Part shown: positions 1 to 10,214 of the stretch, piece by piece
Position numbering within the stretch: the first letter of the stretch is position 1
Layout: each line of letters opens with the position of its first letter
Origin: Nemertoderma westbladi
Lineage: Eukaryota > Animalia > Xenacoelomorpha
Direction of reading: 5' to 3'
DNA length: 64,000 nt
Assembly (NCBI GenBank): GCA_032718475.1
Contig: JAUCBJ010000603.1
Location: 25,470-89,469, forward strand
Program-made: the position numbers and the translations under genes
The notes under the pieces: generated by a model
Seen by the model: only the letters and a program-made list of their open reading frames with translations
Database searches by the model: none
What the model was told of the DNA's origin: nothing

Positions 1-428
1 TATTTACAATCCGCAAAACTATGAAGTTATATTGCTTAAGGGTTCTAAGGGGCGAGCCATGAGGCAAGATGTTTGAGGCTTATTTAGATATATTATTACT
101 TAATTTGACCCCCCAATCGGCATCTACTACGGCATAGGCTATATATTTTGCGGAGACATAGAGTAGTCTGAAGTTCCCCTGTCTGCCGCTAGAGGGTGTA
201 TTATTTGAAAATTAACATCTTCTCTAGCTTTGTTATTTACAATCCGCAAAACTATGAAGTTATATTGCTTAAGAGTTCTAAGGGGCGAGCCATGAGGCAA
301 GATGTTTGAGACTTATTTAGATATATTATTACTTAATTTTGACCCCCCAAACGGCATCTACTACGGCATAGGCTATATCTTTTGCAGAGTCACAGAGTAG
401 TATGAAGTTCCCCAGTCTGCCGCTAGAG
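1..428. repeat. Tandem repeat, ~233-bp unit, ~1.8 copies (truncated by window edge)
   Basis: TATTTACAATCCGCAAAACTATGAAG... starts at 1 and again at 234, and the similarity continues to ~428. Confidence 0.9.
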
Positions 429-537
429 GACGAAATGTCTCAAAGTGAAAACCATACGGTAGCCATGAATTGGTTACTAGGCAATAATACTGCATTTTGC
501 AACGTTAGGCCTATTGCTGACCGAACGAAAACTGCCC

Positions 538-611
538 TGGTTCATGCAGGGGTCGAACCCATGACATACGAGAGATGTGAATTCTACGCAACCACTACAC
601 CAAGGTGGAAC
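538..611 (-). pseudogene. tRNA-derived sequence (tRNA pseudogene or SINE head)
   Basis: Minus strand reads GTTCCACCTTGGTGTAGTGG (A box) ... GGTTCGACCCC (B box) ... GAACCA, with GTTC/GAAC acceptor-like pairing and TTTT shortly downstream. The anticodon arm is not canonical. Confidence 0.45.
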
Positions 612-675
612 AGTAACCTTCGAATTTGTTCGTTGACGTTCGAATTTGTAAGACTCTCATTTAAGACTTGACACA

Positions 676-1416
676 GACTATGCCTCACTGAGGCATAGAC
701 TATGATCTCACTGAGGCATAGACTATGCCTCACTGAGGCACTGAGGCATAGACTATGCCTCACTGAGGCATAGACTATGACTCACTGAGGCACTGAGGCA
801 TAGACTATGCCTCACTGAGGCATAGACTATGCCTCACTGAGGCATAGACTATGACTCACTGAGGCACTGAGGCATAGACTATGACTCACTGAGGCATAGA
901 TTATGCCTCACTGAGGCACTGAGGCATAGACTATGCCTCACTGAGGCACTGAGGCATAGACTATGACTCACTGAGGGATAGACTATGCCTCATTGAGGCG
1001 TAGACTATGCCTCACTGAGGCACTGAGGCATAGACTATGCCTCACTGAGGCATAGACTATGACTCACTGAGGCATAGGCTATGCCTCACTGAGGCATAGA
1101 CTATGACTCACTGAGGCACTGAGGCATAGAATATGACTCACTGAGGCATAGACTATGCCTCACTGAGGCATAGACTATGTCTCACTGAGGCATAGACTAT
1201 GCCTCACTGAGGCACTGAGGCATAGACTATGCCTCACTGAGGCATAGACTATGCCGCACTGAGGCACTGAGGCATAGACTATGACTCACTGAGGCATAGA
1301 CTATGCCTCACTGAGGCACTGAGGCATAGACTATGACTCATTGAGGCATAGACTATGCCTCACTGAGGCACTGAGGCATAGACTATGCCTCAGTGAGGCA
1401 TAGTCTATGCCTCACT
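676..1416. repeat. Palindromic minisatellite, 22-bp unit GACTATGCCTCACTGAGGCATA with optional CTGAGGCA insert
   Basis: Roughly 30 units. The core TATGCCTCA-C-TGAGGCATA is a hairpin-forming palindrome. The last unit flips orientation (GAC becomes GTC) at ~1381-1416. Confidence 0.95.
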
Positions 1417-1582
1417 TCAATATACGAGCACAAAAAAGTTTACAAGCACAGGTTCAAATCCAACTAAAGCTCTATATATTTTGCATTGAAGTGGAATACT
1501 TTAGATGCTGGGGGGGAATCTGGTTTGCGAGGGATATTTGAATGGTGAGTATAACTATCCTTGAGAGTTAGTGTGACGTTAT

Positions 1583-1635
1583 CTCACTATGGATGGGCTT
1601 TACCACTGTACTCGCATCTACTCTCTCATTGGCTG
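1583..1635. repeat. Left arm of a ~53-bp inverted repeat (partner 3443-3495) flanking the C2H2 ORF
   Basis: CTCACTATGGATGGGCTTTACCACTGTACTCGCATCTACTCTCTCATTGGCTG is the near-exact reverse complement of 3443-3495. Confidence 0.9.
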
Positions 1636-1755
1636 TCTAACTTTCCTCCCTCGAGTCCTGATTGGCTGCCTAACTCACCCTCGCACTCTGATTGGATAAT
1701 CCATTCTAGCCTCCCTCTATAATAACCCCCGTTCAACGCATTCCCAGTCATTCTC
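1625..1755 (+). promoter_or_regulatory. Putative Pol II promoter: three inverted CCAAT boxes, TATA-like box, CAGT initiator
   Basis: ATTGG at ~1628, 1661 and 1691 (about 30 bp apart), TATAATAA at ~1718 and CAGTCATTC at ~1745, followed by an AT-rich leader and ATG at 1866. Confidence 0.55.
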
Positions 1756-1865
1756 TAAGTTTTATATTAAAAAGTTTTATTTATTTTCATAAAAGTTTAA
1801 TTTATTTAAAATTTTGTAAAATCATTTAGCTAAAATTCAATATTATCAATTGACATTGCTATATA

Positions 1866-2918
1866 ATGCATAGACATGAAAGTTGTTTGGTTTGTAATAA
1901 AGAAATGAGACAAGACAATTTATCTCGTCATATGGAAACACATGGAAAGGAAAAACTAATGGCTCCATTACCAAAAAAATTTAAAAAATCCGAAGATATT
2001 TTTAGTGAAGATGAAAAGAAAAAGAGAGATGAGCGTGATATATTAAATATAAAACAGACAATGGAAAGTAAATTTCATAAAGTTATGAATATTTTGAAAG
2101 GGATACAAAAACAGTTACCCCTAGAAAATGAGGAAAATTTGAGTGAGAAAGATGGAGAAGAAGAGGATGATGAGATGGAGAATGAAAATAGTGAGGGTCA
2201 GGATGAAGTTGAAGAGAGTGAAGTTGAGAACGAAGAAAGTGAAGATCAGGATGATGATGAAGAAAGTGAAGGTCAAGAAGAGGGTGAAGATAGCGAAGGT
2301 CAGGAAGAGAATGAAGAAAGTGAAGAACAGGAAGAGGATGAAGAAAGTGAAGAACAGGAAGAGGATGAAGAAAGTGAAGGCGGGGAAGAGGATGAAGAAA
2401 GTGAAGGTCAGAAAGAGGGTGAAGAAAGTGAAGATCAGGAAAGTGGAGAAGAGGATGAAAATGATGATAATGAGGAAATAAAGAGGCAATTACTTGGAAA
2501 TAAGAATCAATTGCGGAAAATTATTAAACATTTGAAGGAAAATGAAGAAAATAAAGAGGCGACATTGACCCAAGTCCTAGGAAGTAAAATTAAATTACAG
2601 AAATTTATTAAACATTTAGAAGAGAATGATGAAAATAAAGAAGAGATATTGAGACAAATATTAGGAAACAAAAATCAAATGCGGAAATTTATTAAACAAA
2701 TGGAAGAAAATGAGGAAAATAGAGAAGAGATATTAAGACAGGTTCTGGGAAATAAAAGTAAATTACTGAAAATTAATGAACAATTGAATAAAATTAAGAA
2801 ACAGTTGGGTAATGAGGAAGATGAAAGTAAAGTAAATCAACCAGCTTTTACTAATTTTCGAAGACCTATGATAAAAAACTCTCGTTCAGTATATGCCCGC
2901 GCAGGACGACGCTATTGA
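1866..2918 (+). CDS. Intronless protein: N-terminal C2H2 zinc finger, Glu/Asp-rich 9-aa repeats and C-terminal ~28-aa helical repeats
   Basis: 350-aa ORF with CLVC-x12-HMETH, EEDEESEEQ-like repeats and four EEI(L/K)RQ(I/L/V)LGNK-like repeats; promoter elements upstream. Confidence 0.7.
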   Translation: MHRHESCLVCNKEMRQDNLSRHMETHGKEKLMAPLPKKFKKSEDIFSEDEKKKRDERDILNIKQTMESKFHKVMNILKGIQKQLPLENEENLSEKDGEEEDDEMENENSEGQDEVEESEVENEESEDQDDDEESEGQEEGEDSEGQEENEESEEQEEDEESEEQEEDEESEGGEEDEESEGQKEGEESEDQESGEEDENDDNEEIKRQLLGNKNQLRKIIKHLKENEENKEATLTQVLGSKIKLQKFIKHLEENDENKEEILRQILGNKNQMRKFIKQMEENEENREEILRQVLGNKSKLLKINEQLNKIKKQLGNEEDESKVNQPAFTNFRRPMIKNSRSVYARAGRRY

Positions 2919-2941
2919 CATTTGTTTGTTTGAGTTCCTTT

Positions 2942-3112
2942 CATAATAGTGTTAGGGCTATTTATCCAAAACAATTATATTAGTATTAGGACTATTTATC
3001 CATAACAATTATAATAGTATTAGGACTATTTATCCATAATAATTATATTAGTATTATAAATGTATTTACCCCACAATATTTATTACTATTAGGTCTATTT
3101 ATTCAAGAAATT
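2942..3112. repeat. AT-rich ~31-bp tandem repeat downstream of the ORF
   Basis: TAGTATTAGGACTATTTATCCATAACAATTA-like unit, about 5 degenerate copies. Confidence 0.75.
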
Positions 3113-3442
3113 ATATGTTTTTATAATATACTTTGGAAAATTGGTCGACTAAGTCATAATTTTTAAAACTTTAAATACGGGTTGAGTTATTTTATAAAGT
3201 TAAGAAGAATGAACCAATAGAGGCAACCTGAAGTCTAATCTCTTGGCCTTTACTCACATTAACTCCCAAGGTTGCATACTATCACTATAGCTGGGAGAGT
3301 CAAAGCTAGTGGTCACTAGAGTCAGCCGAGTGCTAGGAAAAAGAATAATGCTCTTCTAGGGTTCGAACTCACGACCTTCTAATTAGAAAACTAAGCAAAT
3401 GGTCAGCTTGAAGACCTTAGACCCTTAATCTGAGGCATCGAG

Positions 3443-3550
3443 CAGCCAATGAGACAGCAGATGCGAGTACAGTGGTAAAGCCCATCCATGGTGAGGCATA
3501 GTCTATGCCTCAATGAGGCATAGTCTATGCCTCAGTGAGTCATATTCTAT
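3443..3550. repeat. Right arm of the inverted repeat plus ~2.5 reverse-oriented units of the 22-bp palindromic repeat
   Basis: CAGCCAATGAGACAGCAGATGCGAGTACAGTGGTAAAGCCCATCCATGGTGAG, continuing into GGCATAGTCTATGCCTCA units. Confidence 0.9.
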
Positions 3551-3629
3551 ACAAATAATTAATTAAAATTAAATATAAATAAATAAGTATTAATGAAAAA
3601 AAGAGCTGCGGTGTCACTTATGACACCCT

Positions 3630-3934
3630 CTTGAGCCGGCTCTGCGACAGTTAGACAACACTGATGACCCATTGTGTGTCAGGGCGCTAATCAGTCTGAT
3701 TAATTAGGATAATCAATTAAACCCTAATTAGGAGTCATATGACACCTGTTAGGGTTTAATTGTACTAATTAATTGATGACACCTGTCAATTAGGGTCTAA
3801 TTAGCCTAATTGGGAGGTGTCACCCAGACAGTCTGGCGCCAATGACACCCAATGACACCCATAGGGTGATAATTGGGTGTCATATGACACCCAATGGGTG
3901 TCAGTTGGGTCTAACTGTCGCAGAGCCGCCCAAG
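3630..3934. mobile_element. MITE-like element with terminal inverted repeats
   Basis: GGCTCTGCGACAGTTAGAC (3638) and GTCTAACTGTCGCAGAGCC (3909), with internal inverted TGACACCC/GGGTGTCA motifs. Confidence 0.7.
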
Positions 3935-3944
3935 ACCCTACTAC

Positions 3945-4262
3945 TGGCGTTTCAGCAACTGTAATAGTGTACTACTGTATATGTGTTTCCACCACTGTGT
4001 AATACTTGTCTATATGCGTTTCAGCAGCTGTAATAGTGGACTATATGCGTTTCAGCCACAGTAATATTAGACTAAGACTATAGGCGTTTCAGCAACTGTA
4101 ATAGTGTACTACTGTATATGTGTTTCAGCCACTGTGTAATACTTGTCTATATGCGTTTCAGCAGCTGTAATAGTGGACTACTGTATATGCGTTTCAGCCA
4201 CTGTAATACTTGTCTATTTGCGTTTCAGCAGCTGTAATAGTGGATAATATGCGTTTCAGCCT
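3945..4262. repeat. Minisatellite, ~30-38-bp unit GCGTTTCAGC(A)ACTGTAATAGTG...
   Basis: About 9 degenerate copies with higher-order structure. Confidence 0.85.
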
Positions 4263-6184
4263 TGTGCTAGACTATATACTCAAGAAGGACACGCGCACAT
4301 AAGGTCATGCATGATATGCTGTACAGTATATCCTGCTTTACTCGCTGAGTTACCGGAGTTGTAGAATATTACAATTTTCGTATAATAATGACTATTTATT
4401 GTACGTTAAATAAAATATGCTTTATTTACCGTTCCTCCCGAGATCAGTTATCTACCGACAGAGCGCCGCGAGAGAGGTTGACAAGTCTGACCGAGGTGCG
4501 AAATCGTAATCAGCGTGTTTTATTTATCGTAAAATATGTAATTTTATTGTTAAATTCATCATTATTATTATAATTATTAAAAGATATCATTGTTTAATAA
4601 GTAATTAAACATTGCACCAGTCACACCGCAATTATTCAACGTCCTTATTTGTTGATACCAATGGAAGTTTGTCGTTGTAAGGATTTTAAATTTGTAAATA
4701 ACTGTTAATGTCGTTCAGAAATAGCTGAGATGTCGGCATTCAAACAGTCCAGAACTTTGCATCCGATACAGCCTGCAGGGCAGGCCATTTATTATATTTA
4801 ATAAATACACAATATCCTGGAGGAACATATGTATTTGAAGATTATTAATTACTTGATGTCATTTTACTAGTCGTAGCTAGTCATTAAATAAATAAAATGC
4901 ACCAGAATAGTATTTATTACAGAACGAAGTTGACTGTTTGATCTGCAGTAATCCCCATTTATTTAACTAGGTGAATAATGCAAATCTTATTTACCGTTAG
5001 CCCATTGACTGAGCGGTAAATATCGTAAATTTTAACAATAAATTCAATTTTTGTACAGCCAACTCTTAGCCTATGTAAATCAACATGACAGTTATCACGT
5101 GATAAACTATATGTTATATATTTATTTTTTGTTTTTTGCGCAGCAAGAGGCATTACTAACTGTAACAGTATACCACGTATTGTAATGATTTATTGTAATT
5201 GTATAGGGTTTTCGGAAAAAATAAACTCACCCTAATAATATTATTGACCCTACAAATAATGTCCATCCATAATGAAATGTACTTTACGTACTGTACACTA
5301 CCGTACCTTTACGTAATCCGTAATTGCGTAATTATTCTGGTCAAAGTATATGGTAAATAAACAATATGATTAAACAAAGCTTTTGATAAAATTGATAAAA
5401 ACATTTTACACCTGCGCGCACAGGCCTTAAATCAAAATATATAATACATGTAATACACACTATTTTTCTCGTATACATGCAATAATTCGTAATGCGTAGG
5501 ATATTGTAGAATTACAAACTCCGTAGTACAAATGGAACTAGTGGCAATCGTCACTACTAATTTACCTAAATTGCCATGGGAAAAGGAAAATCGTAATTTA
5601 GGTCGAGCCATGATTCCTACCGGAATGATATTGTTTGTACTTTACGAGGTTGGAAGCGGTCGAGGTTGCTACAGAATGAATTCATGGTGCGGTGTGTGTC
5701 TGTCTGGGGTGGTATAGGACTATTTGTAGCCGGGGTTATGGCCATCGTTCTTAGCAAGTTTTCCCCAAGAAGGGACAACAACAGCTAAGTGTTTAAAGGG
5801 TCTACATAATATTGTCATAGTATGTTTCGACTTCGCGTGTCTTATACAAGCTTCAATTCGCGGCATTACTGAATGTAGTCGATTCATCTCGCAGGAAACA
5901 ACATACGAGGAATGCAAATCAATATTTCTTATAAGTTTGTGTTTTTGGATATCTGTGGTGTTTATGGCGGTGACGCAACTTGTATTCATTTACTGTAGAC
6001 TTTGTTCGTGCAAGGCGGCCAATGTGATTGCGGTTAAAGATAATACGTCATATATGGAACGTCATATATTAGTTCGTGGGGCCTTCGCGCAGCACGGAGT
6101 GCGCAAAGCCATTAGCATATGGGCAGCATTAACGAGTTGTCTGCTGTTAGTCAGAAGTCTTCAACACAATACTCGTCCTCCTCT

Positions 6185-6400
6185 TGTGCCCTGTTGCGTT
6201 CGTTCGATTCTTTCTAACCTTTTGACGGACTACATACATACCAAGTTTCGTTTAATTTCATCAAGGAATAACCGAGTTATTAGCGATCAAAAATTGACGA
6301 TGATGACGACATATGACGATGACGATGACAGACGACGACGACAGACTGACGGCACCAATGGCACCCATATTGTTCGCGCTTTTAGACCTTTAACAGTTTA
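6185..6400 (+). mobile_element. Possible Helentron-associated (DINE-1/HINE-like) element fragment
   Basis: CATACCAAGTTTCG...ATC core followed by a GACA/GAC microsatellite. Similar pieces occur at ~57880-58215 and ~61425-61580. Confidence 0.35.
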
Positions 6401-6858
6401 ACCTGCTAATTTATGTGTCTTATAATGTCTGACAGCCTGTACAAAATATGACCACAGTAGAAGCCAGTCTAGCGCGGCGTATGACCCTCTGTGTGTGGGA
6501 GACTGGATTCTATGGCAGAGAGAGGAGTAGACTAATTTGTATTATTCGATTGGTTTCTACTATATAATCTCCAAAAACTACGTTTATTTTCAGGGAAATA
6601 CCAACAGTTCCTTTCAGGTGCTGCGCTTTAAGTATCACGCAGAGTTATGACTTATACTAATTACAATGGATGGGCATGAGATAACGCAAATGTTTACATT
6701 CTTTATGAATGTATTATTAATCGTACACACTCACGCAACTGACAATAGTACTGAAACACACCAATTTGCCGACTGTTACCAATTTTACTCATATATAAGG
6801 GGAAATTTAGCTCACCTACATTGGGGACTATGAAACAGCATTAACTCCTACAAACCAC

Positions 6859-7422
6859 TGTTATTTGAGCTAGGCAATTGTGACTAGTCTTCCCCTCCGC
6901 TTACCTCAGTAATCAAGAAAACCAAGAGAGTTATTCGTGAGTATTCTCCAAACATTAGCATTAATCAAATTCGGTTACAAACCACAATATATTATATCAG
7001 CATAAAACAGTATATAGTATCAGTATACAGTGTCAACAGTCAGACAGTGCAAGTTTGATAATCAGTGAGAGCAAGTAAGTAAGTTAAGTTAGATTTGCGT
7101 TCTAAGATCTCTCTGGCCACTGATGTTTCTGGGCAAAGTCAGAAAGTCAGAGTGTGACAGAAAGTCACAGGAAGTGAAGATTTGCCGTATTGCATCATTT
7201 TATATATATCACCATGGCATGAATTCGAAAATCGCGCTGATTGCCCGAAATATAACATGAGCTCTACGCATAACGAAACAGCTGAAGATTTCGTCATTTG
7301 CAACTCAATACCAAAACAGACGATAGAGGGCATAAACCTATAAATTCTATAGTGCTATAAAATAATTCTGGCACATTTAGAGTAGTTCGCGAATTGCACA
7401 AAAATGCCACATTTTTGCCCCA
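6859..7422 (-). repeat. 3' LTR of outer BEL/Pao
   Basis: Aligns to 33129-33695 with many substitutions and indels; TG...CA ends; adjacent PPT. Confidence 0.8.
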
Positions 7423-7432
7423 ATCTCCCTCC

Positions 7433-7608
7433 AACACATATTAGCCCATCAAACATCATTCATTTCAAACATTTAATTCCTTCTAGAGTTTCGACCCTCA
7501 AATAGGCTACTATACCTATTCCAATATCGCTGGCGTCTCCAAAAACATGGAGTTGATAGGAATAATTGGGGAGAACGTGACCAAAATACGAGTGGGAAAT
7601 CTTAAAGT
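7433..7608 (-). pseudogene. BEL/Pao RNase H fragment of the outer element; integrase deleted
   Basis: Minus-strand translation ...YQLHVFGDASDIGIGIVAYLRVE..., continuing from PAIENF at 14741 across the gypsy insertion. Confidence 0.8.
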
Positions 7609-8025
7609 TGTGATATTGTATTATGGCATGGTGTATTATTGGACTGATTAGTATGTATTGTATAGGTTAGGTAGGTATGATATAGTAGTATCTTGTTAGC
7701 ACCTAGGGTGTGAACAGTCGGTTGTACGATAGCTGTCAGGGATATAGTCCTGGGGGCAGGGCGCAGTCAGTAGTTATCATTCAGTTTAGTTATTGCGATG
7801 ACTTACCGGTGTAGGGTTGTCAGTCATGTTTTGTAGGTAGTTCGTTATTAGTTTCATTGTCTGATTGTATCACATCATTATTTGTTATTCATGTATCTCA
7901 ATACACAATATACTGATATACTGCAGCTGGTTTCCTAGTTTTACTTCAGTCTTCTCCAGCTCACCCCTCGAGCGGGATAGTGCGTGGCCGTGGATCCGGG
8001 ACCGGGCGCAGATAGCGCTTCCACA
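7609..8025 (+). repeat. Gypsy 5' LTR
   Basis: TGTGATATTG...CTTCCACA, direct repeat of 14324-14740. Confidence 0.97.
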
Positions 8026-8042
8026 TGGGGGCTCGTCCGGGA
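8026..8042 (+). promoter_or_regulatory. Primer-binding site complementary to the tRNA-Pro 3' end
   Basis: TGGGGGCTCGTCCGGGA immediately follows the LTR and matches the canonical tRNA-Pro PBS. Confidence 0.9.
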
Positions 8043-8459
8043 GAAGAGAAACTGACAGTCTGACAGGCCTACTGCGCTACCCGCTACCGGAAACAGGTAC
8101 TCTAACTCTGTCTGGCCTACCAGGCTATCGCTACCACGACCAACTACCGTACCCATCACTGCATCAGGCAGTCAGACTGTCGGTGGCGGGTCTCTGCAGC
8201 TCTGACGATTATTCCACTGTATGCCTGCGCGTCGACCCGAGCGCAAACGAGCTGGAAGCGTTAACTTTCCCACGGGTAAGCCTTCCTATCGGCAGAAACT
8301 GCGTTCCGCTTCTGGTTCTCCTCATCCAGACAGCACGGACGAACATTCGTTCCTCTACAAGTCATCGGGAGCTGCTTCAAAGTTGTGTCGTGGTTCTCTC
8401 TCGCCCTCGTTACACGGATCGCGACAGCAATGGGGATCCTTGAACCGATCAATTTCAGG

Positions 8460-8760
8460 GCCGCCGACTACTCGACGACGAGATTCGCCAACGGTTGCTC
8501 CGCCGACTACTCGATGACGGGATTCTCCAACAGTTGCTCCGCCGACTACTCACGACGAGATTCTCCAACGGTTGCTCCGCCGACTACTCGACGACAGGAT
8601 TCTCCAACAGTTGCTCCGCCGACTACTCGACGACGAGATTCTCCAACGGTTGCTCCGCCGACTACTAGACGACGGGATTCTCTGACGGTTGCTCCGCCGA
8701 CTACTCTATGACGAGATTCTCCAACAGTTGCTCCGCCGACTACTCGACGACGAGATCCGA
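8460..8760 (+). repeat. 39-bp tandem repeat in the gypsy leader
   Basis: GTTGCTCCGCCGACTACTCGACGACGAGATTCTCCAAC(G/A), about 7.5 copies. Confidence 0.9.
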
Positions 8761-8762
8761 CT

Positions 8763-10214
8763 ATGGAAAGCATCCGCAAGGAACCGGACTGCTTTGATGG
8801 TTCTGGTGATTTCGAGGCGTGGAACAGATCGGTGCAACGGATCGCCAGACTCAGGGGGCGGAAGAACGACGCTCTCGGTAAGATTGTGCCTGTTTATTTA
8901 ACCGGTAGGGCTGCACGTGTCCTTGATGAACTGGCTGAACACGAACAGGAAAACTATGATGCAATTCGTGATATTTTACGTGCCCGTTTTTGCCCCCAGG
9001 ATACTAGTTTTGTGTACAATGAATTACTAGATCGTAAACAGAAGGTGGGGGAAACTATTTATGAATTTTCCGATATTATAACTAGTTTAGGGGTACAATC
9101 TTTTCCGGGAATGAGCACTGAGCGACGGGAACTTTTACTTTTGCCAATATTTTATAGAGGGATTTCCCCTGAATTAGCGAGAAGTATACGGTTAACAGAA
9201 CCGCGCAATTTTGGGGAGGCAGTTCACCGTGCTAGGCGCGAGGAACTTTATTTAAGACAGGAAAATAATGGTATATTTGGCTGTGAATTGGGCGATCGTA
9301 GGGACCAGAGTAATAGGCCCAGGGAACCGCCTCCCAGTCCCAGACAAACTTCATACAGGAAGGTTAGTTTTTCAGAACAGTCCCCAAAACAGACTGATAT
9401 GAGTTATCCAGAAAGACAACTGAAGGACTTACAACTGAAACTGTCCAATCAGACACCAAATACCAGTAGCTACCCACGCGCCAATTATAATAATAATTAT
9501 AGCCGCGATAATCACGGTCGGGGACAGAATAACTGGTTTGACCCCAACGCAAGGTGGACTGGTACTAGCGGTATGGGCAACTCACGGGACAGCAGTAACA
9601 GAGGGTTTACACTACGATCTAATAACTACAGTAGCAACAGTTCGGTTACTTGCTACAACTGTGGGGAACCGGGACATTATAACCGAAATTGCACTAGACC
9701 AGGTACGAATACCAACTCAAATCCTAACAGGCAATACTCTAACCCGAATTACAACCCTAACCCTACTTATAACCCTAACCCTAATTTTAACCCTAATCCC
9801 AATCCTAACACAAACCGGGATTTAAATCCCAATCCAGCTTCAATGTACACAGCTGTAGTGTCCAATAAACTAGACATGCATTTACCAGTAAGAATCGAAA
9901 ATGAGGATGGTGAAGCATTTTTAGATAGTGGCTCACATTATTCCCTGATAGATGTTAGGAAACTCCCATCCGGTGTGCAGTTGCGTGCCCTTTATTTACC
10001 ACCTATTAGCGGTATAGGGGGACAGGTTAAACCTATGGGATTGGCTACTTTACAAATATCAGTTACAAGCAATTTTTCGGTTTCCCTCGAGGTCCACGTA
10101 GCAGACTTATCTTGTGTTGGGATTCCCCCATTTCTGTTAGGGTTAGATTTCGTAAGTATTGCTTGTGCGTCCATAGATTTTCTAGACAGATGTTTGGTTC
10201 TAACCAACCAGTAA
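8763..10214 (+). CDS. gag: Gypsy Gag-protease (capsid-like region, CCHC knuckle, aspartic protease)
   Basis: FDGSGDFEAW gag start, CYNCGEPGHYNRNC knuckle, AFLDSGS protease motif and LLGLDF. Confidence 0.93.
   Translation: MESIRKEPDCFDGSGDFEAWNRSVQRIARLRGRKNDALGKIVPVYLTGRAARVLDELAEHEQENYDAIRDILRARFCPQDTSFVYNELLDRKQKVGETIYEFSDIITSLGVQSFPGMSTERRELLLLPIFYRGISPELARSIRLTEPRNFGEAVHRARREELYLRQENNGIFGCELGDRRDQSNRPREPPPSPRQTSYRKVSFSEQSPKQTDMSYPERQLKDLQLKLSNQTPNTSSYPRANYNNNYSRDNHGRGQNNWFDPNARWTGTSGMGNSRDSSNRGFTLRSNNYSSNSSVTCYNCGEPGHYNRNCTRPGTNTNSNPNRQYSNPNYNPNPTYNPNPNFNPNPNPNTNRDLNPNPASMYTAVVSNKLDMHLPVRIENEDGEAFLDSGSHYSLIDVRKLPSGVQLRALYLPPISGIGGQVKPMGLATLQISVTSNFSVSLEVHVADLSCVGIPPFLLGLDFVSIACASIDFLDRCLVLTNQ

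Noticed and set aside
538-611. Functional tRNA gene
   Set aside because: A and B boxes are present but the cloverleaf and anticodon arm are not canonical; reported only as tRNA-derived.
676-1416. Palindromic repeats resembling CRISPR repeats
   Set aside because: No spacers; the only variation is a duplicated 8-mer of the unit itself.
2121-2489. Hydrophobic minus-strand ORF and basic shifted-frame ORF
   Set aside because: Alternative-frame artefacts of the GAA-rich acidic repeat.
5532-6401. ORFs of 60-154 aa
   Set aside because: No motifs; they overlap a repeat-like GAC microsatellite element.
6853-6858. TSD for the outer BEL
   Set aside because: Left flank (AACCAC) and right flank (AAAGCT) do not match; the termini are inferred from LTR similarity and the PPT only.
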